Part shown: positions 1 through 10,684 of the stretch, in pieces
Layout of the letters: each line of letters opens with the position of its first letter
How positions within the stretch are numbered: the stretch's first letter is position 1
Origin: Octopus vulgaris
Lineage: Eukaryota
Reading direction: 5' to 3'
DNA: 64,000 bases
Assembly (NCBI GenBank): GCA_951406725.2
Contig: OX597831.1
Span: 53,320,001-53,384,000 of the forward strand
Notes under the pieces: generated by a model
The model's database searches: none
The model's input: the letters and a program-made list of their open reading frames with translations, nothing else
What the model was told of the DNA's origin: nothing
Program-made: the position numbers and the translations under genes

Positions 1-689
1 AGGTCAATCTGTGCCAAGCAGCTTCACTCTGTGTGCTTTAGCTTCATTACTATGGCAACACCAATCCACACTGTAATGTAGTTGGTGTTTGGAAGAGCAT
101 CCACCTGTAAAATCCTTGCCAAAACTGATCTTGCCTGTGCTTGTGCCATGTAAAAAGCACTTAGTCAACTCTGCTGTGTGGTTCGTATTAGGAAGGGCAT
201 CAAGCCATAAAAACCCTGCCAAAACAGTCACAGAGGTCTGGTGCAGGATTCTGCCTGGCCAGCTCCTGTCAAACCATCCATACCATGCCAGTATTGAAGG
301 CAGACAGTAAACGATGATGATGATGATGATATATACATATATAAACACATACATATATATACAATTCATGCAATGAGCTTCTTTCAATTTCCATCTCTCA
401 AATCCATTCACAAGGCTTTGGTTGGCCTGAGGCCATAGAAGACACTTGTTCAAGATGCCATGTAGTGGGACTGAACCCCAGAACCATGTGGGTGAGAAGC
501 AAACTTCTACCACACAACCATGCTAGTCTACACAGCAGCCTTGAAGGATATATTTCTTTCATACGGCCACACCAGTCATCATCATCAGCATCGTCATCAT
601 TTAATATCTGTTTCCCATGCTTGTATGGGTCAGATGGAATTTGTGGAAGCAGATGTTACATCTTCCCATAACTCTCTCTTACTCATTTC

Positions 690-1115
690 AGGTGTTAGAC
701 TGTGGCCATGCTGGGACACTGCCTTGAAGAACTTTGAGACAAGTGAATCAACCGCAGTACTTATTTTTGTTTATTTAAGCCTGGTACTTAGTCTATTGTT
801 CTCTTTTGCTGAACCACTAAGTTATAAGGATGTAAACACACCAACATCAATTGTCAAATAGTAGTGGGGGACAAACACAAACACAGACATGCATGTGCAC
901 ATACGCACACAGGCATCCCTCCCCCTAGACACATATGTATATATGTGTATAAGATGGGCTTCTTTCAATTTCTGTCAACCAAATCCACTCACAAAGCTTT
1001 GGTTGATCCAAGACTATAGTAGAAGGCACTTGCCCAAGGTACTGTGATGTGGGACTGAACCCAAGACCACATGGTTGGGAGGCAAACTTCTTAACAAAAT
1101 AGCCATGCATGTGCC
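690..1115 (-). mobile_element. SINE family A copy
   Basis: Collinear with 8395-8851; a partial head is also present at about 370-535. Confidence 0.8.
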
Positions 1116-1351
1116 TAGTAACTATTATTTCAGAATTAATTCACATATGGTTGGCTGGCATAAGCAAATTCATTAAATCTGATCATTCTGTACCTAGTTA
1201 ATCTATAACACCCCACCAAGGATTTGGTAAAAGCATCATGACCTATTATAATTTGAAACTTATAAAAGAGAGGGACATTGCATTAATCAGGCAAAATCAA
1301 ACAAGTTTTGAAAAGAAGGACAATATGAAATAGTCAAAAAAATCAACGTAC

Positions 1352-1428
1352 TTGTTCAGTCGATCAGTCCTCAAAGCTTGAAGCACCATTTTAGTAGCAT
1401 TCAGACTCATGACACAGAATGGAAAATG
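1352..1428 (-). CDS. ELMOD3: ELMOD3 coding exon 7 (HFPFCVMSLNATKMVLQALRTDRLN); gene continues left of the window
   Basis: Not in the ORF track; read by hand. Acceptor tttttaaag, donor AA|gtacgt; matches ELMOD3 FPFCLMSVNIT..IQALRE; phase 0 to 2. Confidence 0.93.
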
Positions 1429-1477
1429 CTTTAAAAAATGCAATATACATGCTTATGTATGTGTACATATATATATA

Positions 1478-1675
1478 GTCAATTCAAATAAACAAACAAT
1501 TCAAATAAATGAATAAAAAATGAAAAAAAAAACAAATATAAGGACATGCACATGAAATGTATGAGCTTGATGCTCAGTGAAAGAAGAGAGTTTGACATTT
1601 TGAGCATAGCTCTTCACCAGAAAGGAGAAAGGAAAAAGTCCAAAGATGGAAAAGAAATTGCCAATGGTACAATGT
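1478..1675 (-). mobile_element. Short Penelope-like repeat with a degenerate minimal hammerhead motif
   Basis: Minus strand reads ttt-CTGGTGA-A-GAGC-TAT-GCTC-AAAA-TGTC-aaa (1591-1623). Homologous to 35985-36140; flanked by (TA)n. Confidence 0.5.
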
Positions 1676-1691
1676 TTATATATATATATAT

Positions 1692-2372
1692 ATATAAAAT
1701 AAAATACAAAATGGGACAAGAACGCAAAACATCCGAACAATTAGGTGATACAAAAAGGGACAACAAAACATCCAGATAGACGATACAAAAAAACAAGGAC
1801 GGGTCATTCAAAGCCTTTTATCTTCAGTCAAGAACCGGATCATCCTCGCAATTTCGGCTGATTAATCTTGAGATTGCTCCAATCTGGCCAGCCCCAAGGA
1901 AAAACTAAGCTAAGAGCATTAGATTCCTTGGAAAAAAGCATCGAATGTATACGAAAACAAGGACGGAAAAACAGACGATGTTACACGAATATAAATACAA
2001 AACTACAATAAAAATAACAATAATAATAATAATAACAGGATATAACAACAGGCGTCTTTCGATTGGGGATGAATTGAATTCAGCTGGCGTGTGTGGAAAT
2101 GAAGCCTTATGGCAGAGGGAAGAATATCGATGTGGCAGTGACCATGGTCAGACACAAAAGGGCTAGCAGTTGGCTAGATTGGAGCAATCTCAAGATTAAT
2201 CAGCCGAAATTGCGAGGATGATCCGGTTCTTGACTGAAGATAAAAGGCTTCGAATGACCCGTCCTTGATTTTTTGTATCGTTTATCTGGATGTTTTGTTG
2301 TCCCTTTTTGTATCACCTAGTTGTCCGGATGTTTTGCGTTCTTGTCCCATTTTGTATTTTATTTTATATATA
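1692..2372. mobile_element. Fold-back element with ~200-bp inverted arms (Penelope-like inverted terminal repeat or long-TIR element)
   Basis: About 1692-1893 is the near-perfect reverse complement of about 2169-2372; both outer ends abut TA repeats; CpGs are retained. Confidence 0.8.
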
Positions 2373-2701
2373 TGTATAGCGGCGTACGTACACTTTGTTC
2401 TCTTATATATAAGTACACATTTCACTAAATTTTGTACGACTTTTTCAAATCTTTCTCCCCCCTCTCTCTCACATTTCTTTGCCTTTCTTACTCACTTTTC
2501 ACTTCACTATGTCCCTGTCTCTCTCTTTTTTTTCGCCACTCCTTGATTCTTCTGTCTATCTACTTCTACACACATACTCTCTTTCTTTCTTCTCCCCCTC
2601 CTTAATTCCTTTGTTCCTCTTTTTCTCTCTCTTCTCTTCTCACATGACCGTTGTGTGTGTGCATGTGATATAGAAAAAAATGTAGAGATTGTCATCAATA
2701 C

Positions 2702-2832
2702 CTGAGTCTTGTGAGATGCTAAACTGTACATTTTCTCTTTTAGGTTATTTAGCTGAGGCTTTGAAGTTAAATAGAGAAGTTGCAGGAGCCCAAGAAGACC
2801 AACAGCTCGCAAATCAGTTGATGGATCAGTAC
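2702..2832 (-). CDS. ELMOD3: ELMOD3 coding exon 6 (GTDPSTDLRAVGLLGLLQLLYL...KTQ; catalytic Arg)
   Basis: Acceptor ttgctttag, donor CAG|gtattg; carries the PxTD(F/L)R motif; phase 1 to 0. Confidence 0.95.
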
Positions 2833-2887
2833 CTAAAGCAACAAAATAATAAAGACCAAAATAATGAAAACCAAAAATGAAGACAAA

Positions 2888-2964
2888 CATCATCGTCGTC
2901 ATCACTGTTGTCATTGTTGTCGCTGTCGCCGTCATCATCGTCATCATCATTATCATCATCATCA
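2888..2964. repeat. (CAT/CGT)n degenerate trinucleotide repeat (expanded SINE tail)
   Basis: Read directly; contiguous with the minus-strand SINE tail ttaatgtcc..ttccatgctgg. Confidence 0.85.
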
Positions 2965-4307
2965 TTTAATGTCCCTGTTTCCATGCTGGTATGGGTTAGA
3001 TGGTTTGACAGGAACTGATGAGCCAGAGACCAGCACCCAGTTCCAATGTCTGTTTGGAATGCTTTCTACACCAACCACTTTACAGAATGTATGGGCTGCT
3101 TTTTTCTGTGGCACCAGCACTAGAGAGGTCACCAAGAGAAGATCTCCTCAACTGAACAGAGTATAGTATTGAAGGAGGTGAAAGTATTGCAAAGGGACAG
3201 GAATAGATGTCTTGCAGAAGAGGAGAACATGTGGCTTCTCCAGCTGGAAAGAGAGAGTGATGGTGAGAGTAAATCATCAAGGTACAAGGTTAATATAAGA
3301 GAGAAAATAGGGAGTGAGGCATGGAAGAAGTGGGTTGGTAGATAAATGCACTAAAGTATGAAAACATTGTGACAGATGATTCTAATTTGTCACAAGAAAA
3401 AAAGGTCACATGAAACCACTAAATATTTAGTTATTAGATATTTATTTTTAGTGAACCCCTAAGTCTATAAACTGGGGATGGATGGTGGAAATAGGCAACT
3501 AAGTTGACCTTACTATTTTATTGGTACTATAGTCCCACTCATGCTAGCATGGAAGGCAGACATTAAACGATGATGATGATGATGATTGTGTTTTGGCTTC
3601 TGGAAGAGGGAAAGTCGAAGTCAACCATGGCAGAACTTGAAACCTGAATGTAGAGAGAGGTAAATTCAAGGCACTTTTGTTTGTATAATGCTAATACCAT
3701 ATCTACCAATCAACCTCCCTAAACTTTTCCTTTGGTTGTCATTCAGCATAATTTACTCTGTTTGCAAGTAGTCAGACTAAGAAATCTGGGTCCATCTCTC
3801 CTTGCCCACATTTTTCTTGCAGATATTTACCTGAAAATTGTATAGATTTGGAGGTGGCAGCAGTAGTAGCACCCTCCACCTCCTCCTCCTTTAACATACG
3901 TTTTCCAGGCTGGCATGGGTTGGACTGTTTTACTTGAGTTGGCAAGCTGGAGAGTTGCACCAGGTTTTTATGTGGCACCAGCACAAGTCTCTTCCGAGCC
4001 AATCCTCTTCACCAAGGAATGCAGCCTTAACATTTCTGCTGTGGAGGACGAGTCTCCTTAAGCATCATCTGCATCAATTATTTCATACTAGTCTTAGAAG
4101 GTTTGGTAGAAAACTTCATGAATACTACCTAAACTCCTCTTTCTCTGAAGACTAACTTATTAAAAACTACCATATAGGAAAAAAGCAATGGTTATTCACA
4201 GCAACCAGTTAATTGTTCTCGGTTAGGGGATGTTCAATATACTTAGTTTGCTGCATCATGGCCACAGCTTCTGGCTGAAATAAGTAAAAGTACTTAGGCA
4301 AACATAC

Positions 4308-4554
4308 CTTGGAAACCAATCTCTTCCCAATGATATCCATAACGACTGCAGTTTATTTTGCGTCCAGTTAAATTGCGATACACAGCAAAAAGAGACTTCA
4401 GGTGAATTTGGTCCTGGTTATCAAAGTTAGTGGCAGCAAGACAGAAAACAAATTCTTTTGATGGTAGAAGATTACGTGACAGTTTGGGAGGACCGAACAG
4501 AAAATTAGACAGAACTGACAACCCTTTCCGTTCAACAGACATGTGTATTTTGTC
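4308..4554 (-). CDS. ELMOD3: ELMOD3 coding exon 5 (ELMO domain start, LFGPPKL...HWEEIGFQG)
   Basis: Acceptor ttctcaattcag, donor AAG|gtatgt. LFGPPKL is typical of ELMOD3; WxxxGFQ is the first half of the ELMO GAP signature. Confidence 0.95.
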
Positions 4555-4625
4555 CTGAATTGAGAAAAAAAAAGGACAAATTTTTAGTGACATTTTGCTA
4601 GAAGTAAACTAAAATGTATTATGTA

Positions 4626-4659
<34 letters not shown>

Positions 4660-4884
4660 AGTGCAATACAGAAATATTAAAAAAAATTAAGAATAGTTTG
4701 ATTGGCAATGTTTGTAAGGAAGAAGCAAGACAAGTTACAATTGTACTGCACACATATCAAGCTACATGGATTTTAGATCATTCTAGGTGCATAATAGATG
4801 CAGGTGTGGCTGTGTAGTAAGAAGCTTGCTTCCCAACCATACATGGTTCCAGGTGCCATTATACTAAACATTTTCAAAGAGTAA

Positions 4885-5446
4885 CCATGCCAAGCACAAA
4901 AAATTCAGCAGAACTGTGAGATTTTTAAAGTGGTCGTATTGTTGGGCAATCTAAGGCTGGTCTTAGCCAGTGAAAAATTACCGAAAATCTTCAAATTCCT
5001 CTTGTTACTGTTAATAGAATTATAGTGCAATTCAAAAGCCAAGGAAAAGAATCAATAGATTCTCATCCCGACCTGAGCACTTGGAAAGGAAGCTTCGCTG
5101 TTCGGTGAGAATTGTAGAAAACGAACCCTGTTCGAAGGCTTCTGACATTGCAAAACAGCTAGAAGTTAGTCCAAGAATGTTTGTTACATATCTGCATAAG
5201 CTTCGGTATTATGGATGGGCAGCTAGAAGAAAACATCTCCTTCAACCAATTAATACCATGAAAAGAAAGAAATGGGCTAAGGAGACGTCAGAAAAATCCT
5301 GTTCATTTTGGGATAGAGTGATTTTCTCAGATGAATCCAAATTTGCATTATTTTCAGACAGTGGATGTGTTTGGGTCTGGAGGCTTCCCAATCAAGAATT
5401 TGATTTGAAACAACTCTGACCAACTGTGAAACATGGCAGTATCTCT
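4885..5446 (+). mobile_element. Decayed Tc1-like transposase fragment
   Basis: ORF 5081-5419 has ARRKHLL and WDRVIFSDESKF, followed by a stop and PTVKHG; the upstream HTH region is frameshifted. Confidence 0.88.
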
Positions 5447-6170
5447 GTAAGTAAAGGATATCACCAACAAGTGAAAAATACGTAAACACACGAAAGATAA
5501 GTAAAGGACAAAATACCAAAACATACACAATAAGTACAGGACATCACTAATGAGTGAAAAATATGTAAACACACGAGAGAAAAATACAGGACAAAATACT
5601 AAAAGAAGATAACTCGCTCATCAGTTGTTGACTGCTTTTTACTCTCTATTTCATGCTTTTAACGACAAGATAGGGAAACTTCATAAGACAGCAGCATCCA
5701 GAAATTTTTAAAATATAAAATTTGTGGAGAGTTAGGGCTTTGAACGAACAAACAACAACAGAGTGGATGTAGAGAGTAAACAATTGACAAAGACTAACAT
5801 TAAAGGCTGTTAGTCAAGATGACTTGTAATGGGTAATGCCCAAGAGAAATTTTGAAAGGATATACAGTAAATAGAATGGAAGAAAATAGTAGTAGAGAAA
5901 AAATTAGTAGAAAAGAAAAAAATGTTGAGAGGTGAGAGAAGAGGGAAATGATGTCCAGCTAGTTGGACATTGCATTTAGAAAAGACAGAGACAAGAAAAA
6001 GGCCAATAGTCACGTTTAATCAATGGGCAGAGTAGAAGGGAGATTTGTCCTGTAATTTTCTCTTGTGTGCTTACATATTTTTCACTTGTTAGTGATGTCC
6101 TGTGCTTATCTCTCGTGTGTTTATGAATTTTTCACTCATTGGTGATGTCCTGTACTTAATGTGTATTTTA
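5447..6170. mobile_element. Repeat with inverted, internally duplicated arms that truncates the Tc1 remnant
   Basis: Units of ggacatcac..gtgaaaaata.gtaaacacacgaga (5450-5598) recur inverted at 6043-6170. Confidence 0.6.
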
Positions 6171-6172
6171 TA

Positions 6173-7089
6173 TCTATATATATAAAACTCAACTTGTGTG
6201 TCTGTGTATGTATCTGTGTGTGTGTCTATGTGTTTAACTTCCCGGCACATCTCCTCCTAGCCAACAAATTGTAGAACCACCAAAAATGGGTCACTTAAAG
6301 TTTAGGCGAATGAAAATTGAACTGCGCTATTTCTGTTCCGAAATTCATCTCGCAAGTGCAAAAATCGATAATGTTTTTGTTTAGGCCTTATCCTATGCAT
6401 TGAATAGTGAACTTTACTCAGTCAGCTGTTTGACATAAACTGTGTTCACCACACGTGCAAGCATGCGTAAATTGCATGAAAAATAAAAAAATCAAGATAT
6501 AAAAATGAATTGCCGTAAACATTGTAGAAATTCGGCAAAGAAATGAATTTTCGGGATGTAGCCTGGAGGGTTTTTTCGTATTAATCATTTGGACTTTGTG
6601 AACACATACCAATTGTTTTCATAACATTTTTAACGCTTTGAATTAAATGTGACCATTTTGCATTGAGTCTGCAGTTTGAATCACTTTAACCAAATTTTAG
6701 CAGGCTGGATTTTTGATCATCACGATACATCGCCAGCGACTCCCTGAAACTCTCCCCTGAAATCCCCATTGAGAAATACTGATCTAAAAGAATAATTCAA
6801 TAATGCAATTATTTGATCAAGAAAAATTTATGAAACGCTTCTTCCTACTTCCTATTGAGGAAATGGAACATATAAGTGCTAAAATAGAGGGCATTAAATG
6901 CTTGATTTTAAAACCAAAATAATTGAATTTTGATTGAACTTCATCCAAGTTTAGCTTAATTCGCACGTGCATAGAATGCACGAGCGCACGTACGTACACT
7001 GTGTAAGAAAGTATTGATTTTGCACTCGCTGATTAATCGATTTTCCTCAGTGCGATTAATAGTCACACAAAGCCGGGCAATACTGCTAG
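6173..7089 (+). mobile_element. Non-autonomous Helitron
   Basis: 5' a|TCTATATATATAAAA; 3' decayed hairpin (..aagccgggc) followed by ctgCTAG|t; inserted between A and T with no TSD. Confidence 0.75.
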
Positions 7090-7825
7090 TATATATATAT
7101 ATACATGTATGTATGTATGTATCTATATGTGCATATATATTTAAATTAGTAAAAAGGCAGGAAAGCAGAAATTTCACAGATAATTCATAATTTAATGTTG
7201 TTCTACAGCTGTTTTAGTAAATAGAATAAAAACACAATCATTTATACAATTATGTAATTAGCATACATAATTATATAATTGGGTTATTTATTCCACCAGG
7301 GAAAAAAACTGAAAAATAGAAACCAAAATACTACTTCTATTTTAAATAAGATATAAAAAAACATGCATTTATATAATATAGTATAATATATATAAATATA
7401 TATATCCAGTCCACACTGTAAAGTGGTTGACATTTGGAAGGGTATTCAGCTGTAAAAACCTTGCCAAAACTGACCTTGCCTGTGCTTGTGCCACATAAAA
7501 AGTATTAAGTCCACTCTGCTGGGTGGCTGGTGTTAGGAAGGGCATCCAGCTGTATAAATCCTGCCAAAACAGTCACAGAAGTCTGGTGCAGGATTCTGCC
7601 TGGCTGGCTTCTGTCAGAGTGTCCCACCCATGCCAGCATGGAAGGCAGACATTAAAAACTATGACGATGATGATGATGATGATGATGTGTGTGTGTGTAC
7701 GAATGTATGTATGTGTGTACACGTGAGTTCATATTTGCATGTATGCATATATGTATGTATGTATGTAAGTACATATGTATGGACATATGTTTATATTTTT
7801 ACATACATAAACATGTGTGCGTCTG

Positions 7826-7874
7826 GAGAGAAAAAGAGAGAAAGAGAGAGAGTAAGAGAGAGAGAGAAAGTGAG

Positions 7875-7962
<88 letters not shown>
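7826..7962. repeat. Compound (GATA)n/(GA)n microsatellite ending ~30 nt from the ELMOD3 exon 4 donor
   Basis: Read directly from the sequence. Confidence 0.95.
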
Positions 7963-7966
<4 letters not shown>

Positions 7967-7991
7967 CGAGTGGAGAAAGAGTGATATTTAC

Positions 7992-8095
7992 CTTTAAATG
8001 TGACATGTCAAGGCCCTGAAAATACTGCAAGGCTTCATGGAAAGCAAAGTCTGGTGTCTGTGTTTGTTGAGGATCCAAACCAACATCTCCTTTGC
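7992..8095 (-). CDS. ELMOD3: ELMOD3 coding exon 4 (KGDVGLDP...FHEALQYFQGLDMSHLK)
   Basis: Acceptor ttttatag, donor AAG|gtaaat; matches the ELMOD3 motif ISFSEALQHFQTVDLS; phase 1 to 0. Confidence 0.9.
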
Positions 8096-8394
8096 CTATA
8101 AAAAAGACAGTAACTAATTAGAATATGTTTTGAGTTTTACTTGTGACCTTTTTATGCCCTTCTTCCTTTCCTGCAAGACAACAGATGGACAAGTAGCATG
8201 TGTGTGTGAGTCGGCCTCTAACCACCAGTAGGGTCTTTCTACCTACTAAGTGGGATTTGATGCCCACATGGGGAGAGTCTGTATGAAGTTGCTTTGACCA
8301 GCTAGAAATTGTAGCCAAATCTTCATGAAGTTACATGCAAACACTTATGAATTAAAAACTGCAAAGCATGTTAGACAATGTAGTTCTTAGATTT

Positions 8395-8621
8395 ACTCTT
8401 TTACTTGTTTCAGTCATTTGACTGGCCATGCTGGAACACCACCTTTTAGTCAAGCAAATCGGCCCCAGGACTTATTTTTTGTAAGCCTAGTACTTATTCT
8501 ATAAATCTCTTTTACTGAACTGCTAAGTTACAGGGACGTAAACACACCAGTATTGGTTTTCAAGCGATGTTGGGCGGACAAACACAAACACACAAACATA
8601 CACACACACACACACATACAC

Positions 8622-8689
<68 letters not shown>

Positions 8690-8851
8690 GACAGGCTTCT
8701 TTCAGTTTCCATCTACCAAATCTACTCACAAGGCTTTGGTTGGTTCGAGGCTATAGCAGAAGACACTTGCCCAAGGTGCCACGCAGTAGGACTGAACCCA
8801 GAACCATGTGGTTAATAAGCAAGCTACTTACCACACAGTCACTCCTACGCC
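8395..8851 (-). mobile_element. tRNA-headed SINE family A, full-length copy with a central (TA)n/(TG)n
   Basis: Head with A/B-box-like tggtaag..gggttcagtcc, body ccttgggcaagtgtcttc, tail ccagcatggcc..gtcaaatgactgaaacaagtaaaagag; many copies in the window. Confidence 0.85.
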
Positions 8852-9285
8852 TTATGATTAAGAAAGACAAAAAAAACCCAAAAAGAAACAAGATGGTCAT
8901 GCCATAGGACTCTAGTTACCTACACCAAGTAACAAAAAGGTATAGAATTTGACAATCTTAACATCTCACAAAACCCCAAACCTGACCCTTTGTTTTTAAA
9001 TTAATAATTTGCAGGCGGAAGAACAGTGTCCATGGACTTAGCAGGCCTTCATAGGCTGGTGAGTTTTATGTAGTTGATGATCTGTTTGGACATCCATAGA
9101 TCAATGCCTATAGTGAAAATGCGGATGAGAAGTGAAATGACAGCAACAGAGTTTCTAAACCTGATCTCACTTTTGCAGTGGCAGATGGGTCTTCTTGAGC
9201 ACAGTGAATTGCCAATCACCTCAATCCTTTGTCATCTCCTCTGTGAGGCTCAATATTTTGAGGTCAGCCTTCACTACTTTGTTTA

Positions 9286-9318
<33 letters not shown>

Positions 9319-9324
9319 GATACA

Positions 9325-9369
9325 TGGGTAGATAAATTGATAGATAGATAGAATGATAGATAGATAGAC

Positions 9370-9410
<41 letters not shown>
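9325..9410. repeat. (GATA)n microsatellite
   Basis: Read directly from the sequence. Confidence 0.95.
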
Positions 9411-9575
9411 TAAAACGAAAGCCTATATCACCATGTGTGTGGTGATGTCAAAATATATTAATCCTTTAGCATTCAAATTACTGTCAAATGTAATGTTTAT
9501 TTATTTACATTGTTTAAAATTATTCATGCATTATTTTGTAACTTTGAGATTTCAAAGTACCTTGGATTGCAGGAT

Positions 9576-9984
9576 GGCCTGCGGTGCTTACCTTGGATCG
9601 TGGAGCAACCTGCTTGAGTCAAGTACATCAAAATAAAAATCAAATTGAATTGTAGTTGTGATACCTGTGCCGGTGGCATGTAAAAAGCACCATCTGAACG
9701 TGGCTGATGCCAGCACTGCTTTGGCTGGCTTCCGTGCCAGTGGCACATAAAAAGCACTAACAGATTGTTGCCGTTGCCAACCTCCTCTGCCCCCTGTGCC
9801 AGTGGCACATAAAAAGCACCCATTACACTCATGGAGAGGTTGGCGTTAGCAAGGGCATCCAGCTGTAGAAACACTGCCAGATCAGACAGGAGCCTGGTGC
9901 AGCCTCCTGGCTTCCCAGACCCTGGTCGAACCGTCCAACCCATCTAGCATGGAAAACGGACATTAAACTATGATGATGATGATG
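9576..9984 (+). mobile_element. SINE/RTE-tail element with an internal gtgccrgtggcac tandem array and (GAT)n tail
   Basis: Three 25-nt motif units, then aagggcatccagctgtagaaac...cggacattaaac-(gat)n. Related copies at about 30-330, 7405-7686, 23437-23648, 28541-28800, 33080-33315, 37980-38296 and 46060-46375. Confidence 0.8.
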
Positions 9985-10189
9985 TAGAGAAGTGGATAAA
10001 ATACCATTCTGAATTTAAATCATTTAATTTCCAATATGTAGATCAACTGGTAAGTAAGAAGTTGAATTTTGTTTAGTAGTGGCATTTAAAACATTCACTT
10101 TTGTGATAGATCAATAGACAAATTTTTCTTTTTTTTTTTACTTTGAAATTCAATATCTGAACATTAAAAAAATCATTTGAGAAACTTAC

Positions 10190-10228
10190 CATGTTCTATG
10201 TAAATTTCTCCTTTGTTTTCATTGGATG
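10190..10228 (-). CDS. ELMOD3: ELMOD3 coding exon 3 (39 nt, SSNENKGEIYIEHG, phase 1-1)
   Basis: Acceptor cttttcag and strong donor ATG|gtaagt; open and phase-compatible with both neighbours. Confidence 0.65.
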
Positions 10229-10684
10229 CTGAAAAGGTTAATGGTTATTTTCTGAGAAATCAATTACATACTTAGAGTTAAAATATAATAGAAATCTTTG
10301 CTTCTAATTACACAAAAGTTCAGTCCAATATTATTATTAGAGGAAATTTATTTATTGATTAACAAGCTGACAAATTGCTTTTAATTACATTATGTCATGA
10401 TACAAACTAAGATTTAAAAACAGTTTGGAATATAAAATTCCATTCCACACTTTTCGTGAATAATCTCGTATAAATGTATTTGAAAAGTTTATTTTGATTG
10501 TGAAAATGTTCAGCTTTTAGTGAAAAAAATTACTTTCAAACCTGTAAATGAAAAATATTTGATTTAGTTACTCAATGTCTTCCACACTGCATTCAAATTT
10601 CACTGAATAAAATTATCTAACTACACTTACTATCAAGATTACAGATTTTATTACAATCTTCAGGGATGTTTGGGCAGATCTGGC

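Noticed and set aside
4-1110. ORF-track entries of 60-170 aa here and similar ones across the window (YIYIYI, THTHT, MMMM, LSLSLS)
   Set aside because: These are translations of SINEs and microsatellites, with no splice-consistent structure or protein motifs.
3825-3845. Recursive splice site in an ELMOD3 intron (ttttcag|gtaaat; similar at about 10540 and 12455)
   Set aside because: The introns are short (1.5-2 kb), the pyrimidine tracts are short, and such matches are expected by chance in AT-rich DNA.
9666-9822. CRISPR array (25-nt palindromic repeats with 36-42-nt spacers; also 37984-38136)
   Set aside because: The spacers are homologous to each other and between loci, the array sits inside a dispersed SINE in a eukaryotic intron, and there are no cas genes.
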